A stretch of 64,000 nucleotides of DNA. Origin: Solirubrobacteraceae bacterium. Lineage in GTDB: Bacteria; Actinomycetota; Thermoleophilia; Solirubrobacterales; Solirubrobacteraceae. The notes under the pieces were generated by a model. That model was not told the DNA's origin. It ran no database searches and saw only the letters and a program-made list of their open reading frames with translations. Made by a program: the position numbers and the translations under genes. The stretch spans positions 20,616 through 84,615 of the forward strand of contig DATKSM010000047.1 of assembly GCA_035531655.1 (NCBI GenBank), read 5' to 3'. Shown piece by piece: positions 18,521 to 29,651 of this stretch. Each line of letters opens with the position of its first letter. The stretch's first letter is position 1.

Positions 18521-18951
18521 ACGGGCTCGGAGGGCGGCAGATCATCGGGCAGCGGCACCGTCTGCGGCGTGCCCGGCTCGGCCTCGTCCCAGTCGTTGAA
18601 GGCCTCGGCGTCGCGGGGCTCGTGCTCGCGGTCGACATAGCCGCCGAGCGCCAGCAGCCGCAGGTCAGCGGCGCCGCGGTTGACGAGCTGGCGGCGCACC
18701 GGCGGTGCAACGCGGACGACGTCACCGACCACGTACTCCTGCGGCTCGCCTTCCACGATCAGCGTGAGCGTGCCTTCGAGGACGATGTAGACCTCCTCCT
18801 GCCGCCCATGCCGGTGAATGCGGTTGCGCTGACCGGGCTCGAGCACGATCACGTTGATGCCAAACGAGCTGACCCCGAGCTGGGCGCGCAGGCGTGCGAA
18901 GCGCTGGTCCGGGGCCTGATCCAGCCGAGCTGCCGTGACTCCCTCCGGCAT
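18517..18951 (-). CDS. Cupin domain protein
   Basis: HRHGRQEEVYIVLEG, GDVVRVAP. Confidence 0.85.
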   Translation of the reverse strand: MPEGVTAARLDQAPDQRFARLRAQLGVSSFGINVIVLEPGQRNRIHRHGRQEEVYIVLEGTLTLIVEGEPQEYVVGDVVRVAPPVRRQLVNRGAADLRLLALGGYVDREHEPRDAEAFNDWDEAEPGTPQTVPLPDDLPPSEPV

Positions 18952-20283
<1,332 letters not shown>

Positions 20284-20372
20284 GGCAATCCTCTCAAGCT
20301 CATCGTCTGGTCGCTGGGACCCAGGACACCTCTGCAGGAGGTTAGTACCCAGTCGCGTTCAGCCGTCCCGGT

Positions 20373-20969
20373 TCACACCTGCTCCGTGCCCGCCGGCCCT
20401 CCCTCGTAGCGGCTCTCGGTGGCGGCCCGCTGGCCCTGGTAGTGACTGCCGAGGCCGGGACTTCCGTAGGGCTTCTGCGCCGGCTTGTCCAGCGTCATGA
20501 ACGACAGCTGGGCGATCGGCAGATCGGGGTAGAGCCGGATCGGGACACGCGTCAGGTTGTTGAGTTCGAGCGTCAGCGTGCCCTCGAAGCCCGGGTCGCA
20601 GAAGCCGGCGGTCGCGTGCACGATCAGCCCGAGTCGTCCGAGGCTCGACTTGCCCTCGATGCGCGCGACGATGTCATCGGGGATCTTCACCCACTCCAGC
20701 GTGCGACCGAGACAGAACTCGCCCGGGTGGATCACGAACGGCTCACCCGCCGGCACGACGACCTCCTCGGTCAGATTCGCCGGCGGGTCGCGCAGGTCGA
20801 TCGCAGTCGCGCGGTGGTTGTGGAACACGCGGAACGAATCACCGAGCCGCAGGTCGATGCTCGCCGGCTGCACCAGCTTCGGATCCCATGGGTCGATCCG
20901 GATCCGGCCCTCCTCGACCAAACGGAGAATGGTGCCGTCAGACAGGACTGAGGTGGGCGCAAGCGTCAT
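20373..20969 (-). CDS. dcd: dCTP deaminase
   Basis: QPASIDLRL, EGKSSLGRLGL, ATAGFCDPGFEG, YQGQ. Confidence 0.96.
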   Translation of the reverse strand: MTLAPTSVLSDGTILRLVEEGRIRIDPWDPKLVQPASIDLRLGDSFRVFHNHRATAIDLRDPPANLTEEVVVPAGEPFVIHPGEFCLGRTLEWVKIPDDIVARIEGKSSLGRLGLIVHATAGFCDPGFEGTLTLELNNLTRVPIRLYPDLPIAQLSFMTLDKPAQKPYGSPGLGSHYQGQRAATESRYEGGPAGTEQV

Positions 20970-20987
20970 CGGCGCAGGAGTTTGGCA

Positions 20988-23423
20988 TCAGTGACGCAGG
21001 CGCGTGCCCTCGGGGTCGTACAGCGGCTCGGCGGCGACCTCGCCCGCGACCCACTCGCCGAAGATGTCGAGCTCGACTGAGGAGCCGACGTCAACCTCGG
21101 GCGGCAGGTAGGCATAGGCGATCGAGCGCTCGACCGCGTAGCCGTAGCCGGCGCTGGTCACGCGGCCGACAACCTCGCCACCGACGCGCACCGGCTCGTT
21201 CCCGAGTGCCACGGAGCGTGGGTCGCCGAGCGTGATGCAGCGCAGGCGCCGGGCGACCGGCCGCTCGCGCAACGCGTCTGCGCCGTTGAAGTCCTTGTCG
21301 CCGGCCACGCAGAAGTCGAGGCCCGCCTCGAAGGGGCTGTCGTCCGCAGTGATGTCCGAGGACCAGGCGCGATAGCCCTTCTCGAGCCGCAGCGACTCGA
21401 TCGCGCGGTAGCCGCCGGCGATGAGGCCGAGCGGTTCGCCCGAATCCCAGAGCGTCCGCCAAAGGCCGAGGCCGTATTCGCTCGGGCAGTAGAGCTCCCA
21501 GCCGAACTCCCCGACGTAGGTCACGCGCAGCGCGCGCACGGGCACGTCGCCGACGGTCAGCTCGCGCATGCGCATGTAGCCGAAGTCGAGGGGATCGGGC
21601 GTAAGCGGCGCCAAGGTGTCCTTCGCGCGCGGGCCCCACAGGCCGAAGCAGGCCCAGCGCGAGGTCACGTCGCTCAGGCTGACCGAGCCGTCGTCCGGCA
21701 GATGGCGGCTGATCCAGGCCGCGTCGTGCTGGCCGAAGGCGGTGCCGGTGACGATCTGGAACAGCTCCGGTGCCACCCGCGCGACAGTGAAGTCGCACTC
21801 GATGCCGCCGTGGCGGTTCAGCATCTGGGTATAGGTGATCTGGCCGACATCGCGCGCGACGCGGTTGTCGCAGAGGCGCTCGAGCAGTTCGGCCGCCCCT
21901 GGTCCCGAAACCTCGAGCTTGCTGAAGGAGGACTCGTCGAACAGGCCGGCGCGCTCGCGTGTGCCAAGCGCCTCGGCACCGATCGCCGCCGACCAGTGCG
22001 TGCCCGCCCAGCCGCGCGGCCGCAGGTCCGGGTCGCCGTCGCCGGCGTTCGACTCATACCAGTTGACCCGCTCCCAGCCGGATTTCTCGCCGAAAGCGCC
22101 GCCGTGCTCGGCGTGCCATGCGTACGCGGGCGGGAGTCGCAGCGGCCGGCCCGCGAGCCGCTCGTGGCCGGGGTAGCGGATGTCGTAGTAGGTCTCGTAG
22201 ACCTCTGTGGTGCGTTTGAGCGTGTAGCTCGGCGAGCGGTACTGCGGCCCGAAGCGGCGGATGTCCATCTCCCAGACGTCGAGCCCCGGCTCGCCGGCGA
22301 GGATCCATTCGGCGATCAGCTTGCCCATGCCGCCGGCACCCGCCAGCCCGTGCGCGCAGAAGCCGGCGGCGACGAACAGGCCGTGCACATCGCTCTCACC
22401 CAGGCAGAACTCGTTGTCGGGGGTGAATGCCTCGGGTCCGTTGATCAGCCGCGTGACCTTCACGTCCTCCATCAGCGGCACACGCTTGCGGGAGTTCTCG
22501 GCGATCTCCTCGAAGCGCGGCCAATCCTCTTCGAGCAGGCGGCCGTTGAAGTCGGCCGGGATCCGGTCGACGAGGCTGCTATCGAGCGACCACGGCGCGC
22601 TTCCGCGCTCGTAACCGCCCATCACGAGACCGGCTCCCTCCTCGCGGAAGTAGATCAGCAGGTCGGGGTCGCGCAGCGTCGGCAGGTGCACGATCTCGCC
22701 GTCGGCGTTGCGCTCGCGCTCGCGGAACGGCTGCGTCACCAGGTACTCGTGCGCGAACGGCACGATTGGGACGCGAACTCCCGCCAGGCGACCGATCTCC
22801 GCCGCGTACATGCCGCCGGCGTTGACGACGACCTCGGCCTGCACCGGGCCCCACTCGGTCTGCACGCCGCGAACCCGGCCGTCGGCGACGTCGATCCCGG
22901 TCACGCGCGTATGCGTGAAGATCCGCACACCGCCCTCGCGCGCGCCCTCGGCCAGCGCGTAAGTCAGCTGGGAGGGGTCGAGGTAGCCGTCGGTCGCGAG
23001 GTATGACGCGCAGCGCACGCCGTCGCTCACCATCAGCGGGAACAGTTCGCGCGCCTCGTCGGCGTTGATCAGCTCGAGCGGCAGCCCGAAGGTGCGCGCC
23101 CACGCGACTTGCCTGAGCACCTCCTGTTCGCGCTCGGGCGTGCAGGCCAAACGGATTCCCCCGCACTCGACCCAGCCGCAGTCGAGCGTGCGGTAGAGCG
23201 CCACCGAGTCCATCATCATCCGTGTCAGCGACACGCTGCCGCGCAGTTGCCCGACGAGTCCGGCTGAGTGGAAGGTCGAGCCGCTGGTCAGCTCGTTGCG
23301 GTCGAGCAGGATCACATCGCGCTCGCCGAGCTGCGCGAGGTGGTACGCGATCGAGGTGCCGCCGACGCCGCCGCCGATGATCACGATCCTCGCGCGGTCC
23401 GGCACTTCACGGAGACGCGGCAT
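20988..23423 (-). CDS. GcvT-family FAD/THF-dependent oxidoreductase (dimethylglycine/sarcosine dehydrogenase-like)
   Basis: GGGVGG FAD motif, GSTFHSAG, NGPEAFTPD, GWER, YVGEFGWE, LRLEKGY. Confidence 0.93.
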   Translation of the reverse strand: MPRLREVPDRARIVIIGGGVGGTSIAYHLAQLGERDVILLDRNELTSGSTFHSAGLVGQLRGSVSLTRMMMDSVALYRTLDCGWVECGGIRLACTPEREQEVLRQVAWARTFGLPLELINADEARELFPLMVSDGVRCASYLATDGYLDPSQLTYALAEGAREGGVRIFTHTRVTGIDVADGRVRGVQTEWGPVQAEVVVNAGGMYAAEIGRLAGVRVPIVPFAHEYLVTQPFRERERNADGEIVHLPTLRDPDLLIYFREEGAGLVMGGYERGSAPWSLDSSLVDRIPADFNGRLLEEDWPRFEEIAENSRKRVPLMEDVKVTRLINGPEAFTPDNEFCLGESDVHGLFVAAGFCAHGLAGAGGMGKLIAEWILAGEPGLDVWEMDIRRFGPQYRSPSYTLKRTTEVYETYYDIRYPGHERLAGRPLRLPPAYAWHAEHGGAFGEKSGWERVNWYESNAGDGDPDLRPRGWAGTHWSAAIGAEALGTRERAGLFDESSFSKLEVSGPGAAELLERLCDNRVARDVGQITYTQMLNRHGGIECDFTVARVAPELFQIVTGTAFGQHDAAWISRHLPDDGSVSLSDVTSRWACFGLWGPRAKDTLAPLTPDPLDFGYMRMRELTVGDVPVRALRVTYVGEFGWELYCPSEYGLGLWRTLWDSGEPLGLIAGGYRAIESLRLEKGYRAWSSDITADDSPFEAGLDFCVAGDKDFNGADALRERPVARRLRCITLGDPRSVALGNEPVRVGGEVVGRVTSAGYGYAVERSIAYAYLPPEVDVGSSVELDIFGEWVAGEVAAEPLYDPEGTRLRH

Positions 23424-24300
23424 GCAACAGCTCCTCAATGTCTCGTGGATCCGCGGCGGCGCGCTCGAGCCGCTCGAAGTGCTCGTCCGCATACGCGGTG
23501 AAGTCAAAGTCGAGCTGAGAGATCAGTCCCTGGAGGACTCCCCAGGCACCCTCGCGGGCGTCGGAGACGAGCCGGAAAAGACGCAGGGCGGAGAGCCGGC
23601 AAAGCGCAGCCGGCTCTCCGAAATAAGCCTCCAGCAGGCGTCGCTCGGCGTGTTCGTCGAAATCGTTGCTGACCGCGAGGTTTCCGAGGTCGAAGTAGCG
23701 GTGGCCCAGCCCTGCGTACTCCCAGTCGACGAGCTGCACGTGTGAATCGGTCTGGATCAGATTGCCGGGCAAGAGGTCGTTGTGACATGGCACCGGCTCG
23801 GTCAGTGGCAGCACCGCGGCGATCCGGTCCACGAGCGCCTGCGCCTTCCCGTAGGCCGGAGGGAGCGCGACACCACGTTCGGCGACGGTCACAGCGTAGA
23901 GGCGCAGCAGGTCGGGGATCCAGAAGCGTGTCGGCAGCGCGAGGGCGCTGTCATGGAAGACCCTCAGGGCGCGTGCGACCTGACCCGGGTCGGCACGCAG
24001 GCGCGCGGGGTCGACAGTCGTGCCGGGCACGAACGCGGTGACCAGGCACTCGGCGTCGGCGTGGAGCAGCTGCGGTCCGATCCCCAGGTTCGCGGCCCGC
24101 TCGGCCGCGAGCCGCTCAGAGGCGCGGTCGATCCCGAGCAGCCCGGTGTCCTGGCCGGGCAACCGTAGGACGCAGTCGCGCCCGCCGAGGCGCAGGCGGT
24201 AGTTGCGGTTGGTGATGCCACCGCTCAGCGCCACCGGCAGACCGCCGGCGGGGCCCAGCTCCCCCTCGAGCCGTCGCACCAGCTCGCTCAGGTCGGACAA
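23407..24300 (-). CDS. Choline/ethanolamine kinase family phosphotransferase
   Basis: GGITNRNY, Brenner motif CHNDLLPGN, choline kinase motif VDWEYAG. Confidence 0.9.
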   Translation of the reverse strand: MSDLSELVRRLEGELGPAGGLPVALSGGITNRNYRLRLGGRDCVLRLPGQDTGLLGIDRASERLAAERAANLGIGPQLLHADAECLVTAFVPGTTVDPARLRADPGQVARALRVFHDSALALPTRFWIPDLLRLYAVTVAERGVALPPAYGKAQALVDRIAAVLPLTEPVPCHNDLLPGNLIQTDSHVQLVDWEYAGLGHRYFDLGNLAVSNDFDEHAERRLLEAYFGEPAALCRLSALRLFRLVSDAREGAWGVLQGLISQLDFDFTAYADEHFERLERAAADPRDIEELLHAASP

Positions 24301-24322
24301 GCCACGGCCCGGGTCTGGCGCT

Positions 24323-24346
24323 TAAGGCCCGGCTCATATACCTTCA
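24323..24346. promoter_or_regulatory. Candidate GntR/FadR operator 1
   Basis: TAAGG-cccggctcatata-CCTTCA (AAGG-N13-CCTT) between divergent kinase and glnA4-like genes; same pattern at 26588. Confidence 0.55.
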
Positions 24347-24399
24347 TGTGCGCAATCACACAGAGGTGTGGAGCGTTCGTCAAGGGGAAGGTGGCCGTC

Positions 24400-25728
24400 G
24401 TGGAGCTCGAAGCTCTCAGAGCGGGTGTAGACGCGGGTGAAATCGAGACCGTGGTCCTGGCGCTGACCGACATGCAGGGACGCCTCCAGGGCAAGCGTCT
24501 GACCGCCCGGTACTTCCTGGACGAGGTGCTGGGCCACGGCGCCGAAGGCTGCAACTACCTGCTCGCGGTCGACGTCGAGATGAACACCGTGGACGGCTAT
24601 GCGATGTCCTCCTGGGAGAAGGGCTACGGCGACTTCGTGATGCGGCCCGACCTGGCGACGCTGCGGATGATGCCGTGGGAGACGGCGACGGCGATGTGCC
24701 TGGCCGACCTGGCCTGGGCGGACGGCGGCGACGTGGTCGCATCGCCGCGCCAGATCCTGCGGAAGCAACTCGCGCGGCTCGCGGAGCGCGGCTGGACGGC
24801 CAACGCGTCGACCGAGCTCGAATTCCTCGTCTTCCGCAACAGCTACGAGCAGGCGTCGAAGCAGGGGTACCGCGAACTCGATCCCGCGAACGCCTACAAC
24901 GTCGACTATTCGTTGCTCGGGACCGCGCGCGTCGAGCCGTTGATCCGGCGGCTTCGCAACTCGATGACGGCGGCCGAACTGGAGGTCGAGAACTCCAAGG
25001 GCGAGTGCAACTTCGGCCAGCACGAGATCAATTTTCGCTACTCGGACGCGCTGCGCTGCGCCGACAGCCACACGATCTACAAGAACGGCGCCAAGGAGAT
25101 CGCCGCCCAGGAGGGCATGGCGATCAGCTTCATGGCCAAGTTCAACGAGCGCGAGGGCAACTCGTGCCACATTCACTTCTCACTCGCCGACACCGAGGGG
25201 CCGCTGTTTCACCGCGACCAGCTCATGTTCGACGCGTTCCTGGCTGGTCAGCTCGAGTATGCGCGCGAGCTGACCCTGCTGCTGGCGCCGAACATCAACT
25301 CCTACAAGCGCTTCGCGGTCGGTTCGTTCGCGCCGACGACGGTGGCCTGGGGCCACGACAACCGTACGTGCGCGTTCCGGGTCGTAGGCCACGGCGGCGC
25401 ACTGCGCTTCGAGAACCGCTCCGGCGGTGCCGACCTCAACCCATACCTGGCGCTGTCAGCGCTGATCGCGGCCGGCCTGGAGGGCGTCGAGCGCCGCCTC
25501 GAGCTCGAGCCGGCGTTCGAGGGCAACGCCTACGAGGCCACCGATAAGCCGCGGCTGCCGTCGACGCTGCGAGACGCGCGCGACCTGTTCGCGACCAGCA
25601 CCGTCGCGCGGGCGGCCTTCGGCGGAGAGGTGGTGGCCCACTACCTCAACGCGGCTGACGTCGAGCTTGCGGCCTTCGACGCCGCCGTGACCGACTGGGA
25701 ACGCGTCCGCGGCTTCGAGCGGCTATGA
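24400..25728 (+). CDS. glnA4: Glutamine synthetase-like gamma-glutamyl-amine ligase (GlnA4 type)
   Basis: DMQGRLQGKR, GCNYLLAVD, SSWEKGYGDF, KGECNFGQHE, GNSCHIHFSL, DNRT; neighbours match the actinobacterial glnA4 cluster. Confidence 0.85.
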   Translation: MELEALRAGVDAGEIETVVLALTDMQGRLQGKRLTARYFLDEVLGHGAEGCNYLLAVDVEMNTVDGYAMSSWEKGYGDFVMRPDLATLRMMPWETATAMCLADLAWADGGDVVASPRQILRKQLARLAERGWTANASTELEFLVFRNSYEQASKQGYRELDPANAYNVDYSLLGTARVEPLIRRLRNSMTAAELEVENSKGECNFGQHEINFRYSDALRCADSHTIYKNGAKEIAAQEGMAISFMAKFNEREGNSCHIHFSLADTEGPLFHRDQLMFDAFLAGQLEYARELTLLLAPNINSYKRFAVGSFAPTTVAWGHDNRTCAFRVVGHGGALRFENRSGGADLNPYLALSALIAAGLEGVERRLELEPAFEGNAYEATDKPRLPSTLRDARDLFATSTVARAAFGGEVVAHYLNAADVELAAFDAAVTDWERVRGFERL

Positions 25729-25738
25729 GCCCGCGGCG

Positions 25739-26524
25739 ATGAGCGTTTCGAGCGACGGCGGCCGGACGCTCGCAGCGGGTGGCGGCACGCTCGCAGCGGG
25801 TGGCGGCACGCTCGAAGCGGCGACGCTCGAGACGATCTTTGCTCCCGTGCGGTCGCAGACCGCGTTCGAGGAGGCGGTGGACCGGATCGGGACCGCGATC
25901 CGGCTGGGACTGCTGCCGCCGGGCACACGCCTGCCGGCTGAGCGGGAGCTGTGCGCAAAGCTGGGGATCGCGCGCTCGACGCTGCGTCAGGCGCTGGTCG
26001 CGCTCGGACAGAGCGGCCACCTGCGCGCGATCCGGGGACGGGGCGGCGGCACGTTCGTCGTCGACGACCTGCCGCCGGCAGCGCCGCCGCCCGACGACGT
26101 GCTCGACCGCTGGCGGGCGATGTGGGACCACAGGATCGCGCTCGAGGTCGGCGTGGCCGTGCTGGCGTGCAGGCGCGCGCGGCCGGGAGCCTTGCGTGGG
26201 CTCGCGGAACTGCTGACCGCGATGGAGGTATCCCTGCACGACTTCACCACCTACCGGCAGCTCGACGTGCGCTTCCACATCGGGCTCGCAGAGACGACCG
26301 AGAACCCGAGGCTGATCACGGTCGCGACCGAGGTGCAGGGCAACGCGACCCGGCTGATCGCGCTGATTGCGCACCCAGCGGAGGTGTTGAGCTCTTCCAA
26401 TGTGCAGCACCGGCGGATCCTCGCAGCGGTCTCGAGCGGCGATGAGGGTGCAACCGCACGAGAGGTCGCCGAGCACCTGCGCGGGACCGAGCACATCCTC
26501 GCCGGCCTGCTCCCACGGGGCTGA
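25739..26524 (+). CDS. GntR/FadR family transcriptional regulator
   Basis: RLPAERELC..LGIARSTLRQAL..GRGGGTFV wHTH; FCD domain DVRFH. Confidence 0.92.
   Translation: MSVSSDGGRTLAAGGGTLAAGGGTLEAATLETIFAPVRSQTAFEEAVDRIGTAIRLGLLPPGTRLPAERELCAKLGIARSTLRQALVALGQSGHLRAIRGRGGGTFVVDDLPPAAPPPDDVLDRWRAMWDHRIALEVGVAVLACRRARPGALRGLAELLTAMEVSLHDFTTYRQLDVRFHIGLAETTENPRLITVATEVQGNATRLIALIAHPAEVLSSSNVQHRRILAAVSSGDEGATAREVAEHLRGTEHILAGLLPRG
25766..25820 (+). repeat. 21-bp tandem repeat (about 2.6 copies, TLAAGGG)
   Basis: acgctcgcagcgggtggcggc twice plus a partial third copy. Confidence 0.9.
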
Positions 26525-26549
26525 CGGCGGCGACTTTGCCCGCGGACCC

Positions 26550-26611
26550 TTGACTTGGCCCGGTCGCTTGCGTCAGGATCGCCAACCTAAGGGCCGACTA
26601 TCAAGCCTTTA
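26550..26611 (+). promoter_or_regulatory. Promoter TTGACT-N18-CAGGAT followed by candidate operator 2
   Basis: -35 at 26550, -10 at 26574; TAAGG-gccgactatcaag-CCTTTA at 26588-26611. Confidence 0.55.
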
Positions 26612-26654
26612 GCGCGCAGCGGGACCAATCAATGAACCATACAGGGGGAGCAGC

Positions 26655-28247
26655 ATGGTGACCGAGACGTTGTCGGCGGACGAACAACGACTGGCTGAGC
26701 TTGGGTATAAGCAGGAGCTGAAGCGCGGCTGGAGTTCGTTCTCCAACTTCGCGATTTCGTTCTCGATCATCTCGGTGCTGTCCGGCTGCTTCACCACATA
26801 CGGCCAAGCCTTCAACAACGGCGGCCCAGTAGCCATCTCGATCGGCTGGCCGGTGATCAGTGTGCTGATCATGTGCGTCGCGTTCTCGATGTCGGAGCTC
26901 GCGTCCGCGATGCCCACCGCCGGCGGGATCTACTACTGGGCATCGAAGCTCGGCGGAGCGGGGTGGGGCTGGTTCACGGGCTGGTTCAACCTGATCGGCC
27001 TCCTCGCGGTCGTGGCCTCCGTCGACTACGGCGCCGCGAACTTCCTCTCGGCGCTGCTGGGCGATTTCAAAGTCAACTTCATCATTAACTTCACCTCGTC
27101 CAACACCCACTACTACGACCATACGGTCTTCGCGCTGTTCCTCTTGATCCTGATCCTCCACGGACTGATCAACGTGTTCTCAAGCCACCTTGTGTCGCTC
27201 TTCAACGGCGTTTCCGTGTGGTGGCACGTCGCGGGCGTCGCCGTCATCGTGATCGTGCTAATCGTCGTGCCGAGCCATCACGAGAGCATCGGCTGGGTGT
27301 TCGGCCATCGCATCAACAACAGCGGCTTCGGCAGCCACATGTACTGGTACTACATCCTGCCCGTTGGCTTCCTGTTGACCATGTACACAATCACCGGGTA
27401 TGACGCTTCCGCGCACGTCTCGGAGGAGACGCACGGTGCGGCGGATTCTGCCCCCAAGGGCATCTGGCGCTCGGTGTTCTACTCGGCGGTAGTTGGCTAC
27501 ATCCTGCTGCTCGCGCTCACCTTCGCCGTCCAGAAGTCCGCGCTGAAGGGCCAGGCACTGACGACCTACGCAATCCCGCTGCTGTCTGCGCTCGGATCGT
27601 TCTCGTCCAAGTCGATCCTCTTCATTTCGACCATCGGACAGCTCTTCTGCGGCATGGCGTGTGTGACCAGCGCATCGCGCATGACATTTGCATTCTCACG
27701 CGACGGCGCCATTCCCGGCCACCGGCTGTGGCGTCAGCTCGGCCAGAACAGGACTCCTACGTATGCGGTCCTATTCGTCGTGTTGATGGCCGCGATTGTC
27801 ACCGTTCCGGCGTACTTCCCGAACAGCAGTGGCATCACGGTTGCATTCACGGCGGTGGTGTCGATCTCGGTGATCGGTCTCTACATCGCCTACGCAATCC
27901 CGGTCTACCTGCGCTGGCGGATGGGCGACGCGTTTCAGCCGGGTCCGTGGACGCTCGGCAAGAAGTACAAGTGGGTGAACCTGATCGCCGTAGTCTGGGT
28001 GGCGCTCTGCGTGATCATCTTCTGCCTGCCAGTCGTCCCGAGCGGCGTGTTCTTCAAGCACGGCTTCAGCTGGAACACAGCCAACTATGCGCCGCTGGTG
28101 ACGATCGGCGTGATGCTCGTGGTGACGATCTGGTATCTCATCTCGGCGCGCAAGACGTTCAAGGGTCCTGTCAGGACGATCGACGACGCCGCATTCCACG
28201 AACTGGATGGGCTGGAGCCGATTGCTCCAGGACCATCGTCCCCATGA
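26655..28247 (+). CDS. APC-family amino acid/amine permease
   Basis: LGYKQELKR, ELASAMPTAGGIYYW, GYDASAHVSEET, AFSRDG; about 12 TM; RBS GGGGGAG. Confidence 0.93.
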   Translation: MVTETLSADEQRLAELGYKQELKRGWSSFSNFAISFSIISVLSGCFTTYGQAFNNGGPVAISIGWPVISVLIMCVAFSMSELASAMPTAGGIYYWASKLGGAGWGWFTGWFNLIGLLAVVASVDYGAANFLSALLGDFKVNFIINFTSSNTHYYDHTVFALFLLILILHGLINVFSSHLVSLFNGVSVWWHVAGVAVIVIVLIVVPSHHESIGWVFGHRINNSGFGSHMYWYYILPVGFLLTMYTITGYDASAHVSEETHGAADSAPKGIWRSVFYSAVVGYILLLALTFAVQKSALKGQALTTYAIPLLSALGSFSSKSILFISTIGQLFCGMACVTSASRMTFAFSRDGAIPGHRLWRQLGQNRTPTYAVLFVVLMAAIVTVPAYFPNSSGITVAFTAVVSISVIGLYIAYAIPVYLRWRMGDAFQPGPWTLGKKYKWVNLIAVVWVALCVIIFCLPVVPSGVFFKHGFSWNTANYAPLVTIGVMLVVTIWYLISARKTFKGPVRTIDDAAFHELDGLEPIAPGPSSP

Positions 28248-28286
28248 TTGCGGCCCACTGATGCGGCCTCGGTAAGAAAGGCCCAC

Positions 28287-29651
28287 ATGACGGAAGTGCT
28301 GACGGTCCTCGAGCCGGCTACGGAAGCCGTGCTCGAGGAGGTCCCGTGTGCAGGGATCGACGAGGTCGACGAGGCCGTGGGGAGAGCCCGTGCTGCGCTC
28401 GGTGCGTGGCGCGGGCTCGCGCCCGGCGCGCGAGCGGCGCAGCTGCGCGCGCTCGCCGACAAGGTCGAGGAGCACCTCGACGAGCTGACGCTGCTGGAGG
28501 CGCGCAACGCCGGCAAGCCAATTGCCTCCGCCCGCGGCGAGATGGGGATGGTGGTTGACACCTTCCGCTACTACGCGGGCGCGCCGGAGCGACCGATGGG
28601 CGACACGATCCCGGTCGCCGGCGGGCAGGCGTTCACTGTCCGCGAGCCACTCGGTGTGGTCGGCCTGATCGTTCCCTGGAACTTTCCGCTGACGATCGCC
28701 GCCTGGAAGCTCGGGCCGGCGCTCGCGGCCGGCAACACGGTGGTGCTCAAGCCGGCCGATCTGACGCCGCTGACGGCACTGCGCTTCGAACAGCTTGCGC
28801 TTGAGGCGGGGATCGCCCCGGGCGTTGTGAACGTCACCGCCGGCCACGGGATCGTGGCGGGCGCCCGGCTCGTGGAGCACCCGGATGTCGCCAAGATCGC
28901 GTTCACCGGCTCGACAGAGGTTGGGCGCTCGATCGCGGCCACGGCTGCGGCGACGCTGAAGCGCGTGACACTCGAGCTCGGCGGCAAGTCCGCGAACATC
29001 GTCTTCGCCGACGCCGATCTCGAGAAGGCGGCCGCGGCCGCGCCGTGGGCCGTGTTCGACAATGCCGGCCAGGACTGCTGCGCGCGCTCACGGCTGCTGG
29101 TGCAAGCTTCGGTGATGGACCGCTTCCTTTCGCTGATGCAGCCGCACGTCGAGGGTTTCAAGGTCGGCGATCCACTCGACCCGGACTCCGACATGGGGCC
29201 GCTGATCTCGGCCAAGCAGCGTGACCACGTGGCCTCGTTCGTTGACGCGGACGCTGAAGTTGCGTACCGCGGCAGTGCGCCCGAGGGGCCCGGCTTCTGG
29301 TTCCCGCCGACGGTGCTCGCGCCGGCGGATCCGAACAGTCGTGCCGTACGGGAGGAGATCTTCGGGCCGGTCGTGGCGGTGATCCCGTTCCGCGACGAGG
29401 GCGAGGCGGTGCGGATCGCCAACGACACGATCTACGGTCTTTCTGGTTCCATCTGGACCCTGGACGGCGCGCGCGCGCTGCGCGTCGCGCGCGCCGTGGA
29501 CAGCGGTGTGCTCTCGATCAACTCGAACTCGTCGGTGCGTGTGAGCACCCCGTTCGGCGGCTTCAAGCAATCCGGCTACGGCCGCGAACTCGGCCCCCAC
29601 GCAACCGACGCATACACGGAGACCAAGACCATCTACTACGCAACCACATGA
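28287..29651 (+). CDS. Aldehyde dehydrogenase
   Basis: IVPWNFP, FTGSTEVG, LELGGKS, NAGQDC, EEIFGP, PFGGFKQSG. Confidence 0.95.
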   Translation: MTEVLTVLEPATEAVLEEVPCAGIDEVDEAVGRARAALGAWRGLAPGARAAQLRALADKVEEHLDELTLLEARNAGKPIASARGEMGMVVDTFRYYAGAPERPMGDTIPVAGGQAFTVREPLGVVGLIVPWNFPLTIAAWKLGPALAAGNTVVLKPADLTPLTALRFEQLALEAGIAPGVVNVTAGHGIVAGARLVEHPDVAKIAFTGSTEVGRSIAATAAATLKRVTLELGGKSANIVFADADLEKAAAAAPWAVFDNAGQDCCARSRLLVQASVMDRFLSLMQPHVEGFKVGDPLDPDSDMGPLISAKQRDHVASFVDADAEVAYRGSAPEGPGFWFPPTVLAPADPNSRAVREEIFGPVVAVIPFRDEGEAVRIANDTIYGLSGSIWTLDGARALRVARAVDSGVLSINSNSSVRVSTPFGGFKQSGYGRELGPHATDAYTETKTIYYATT

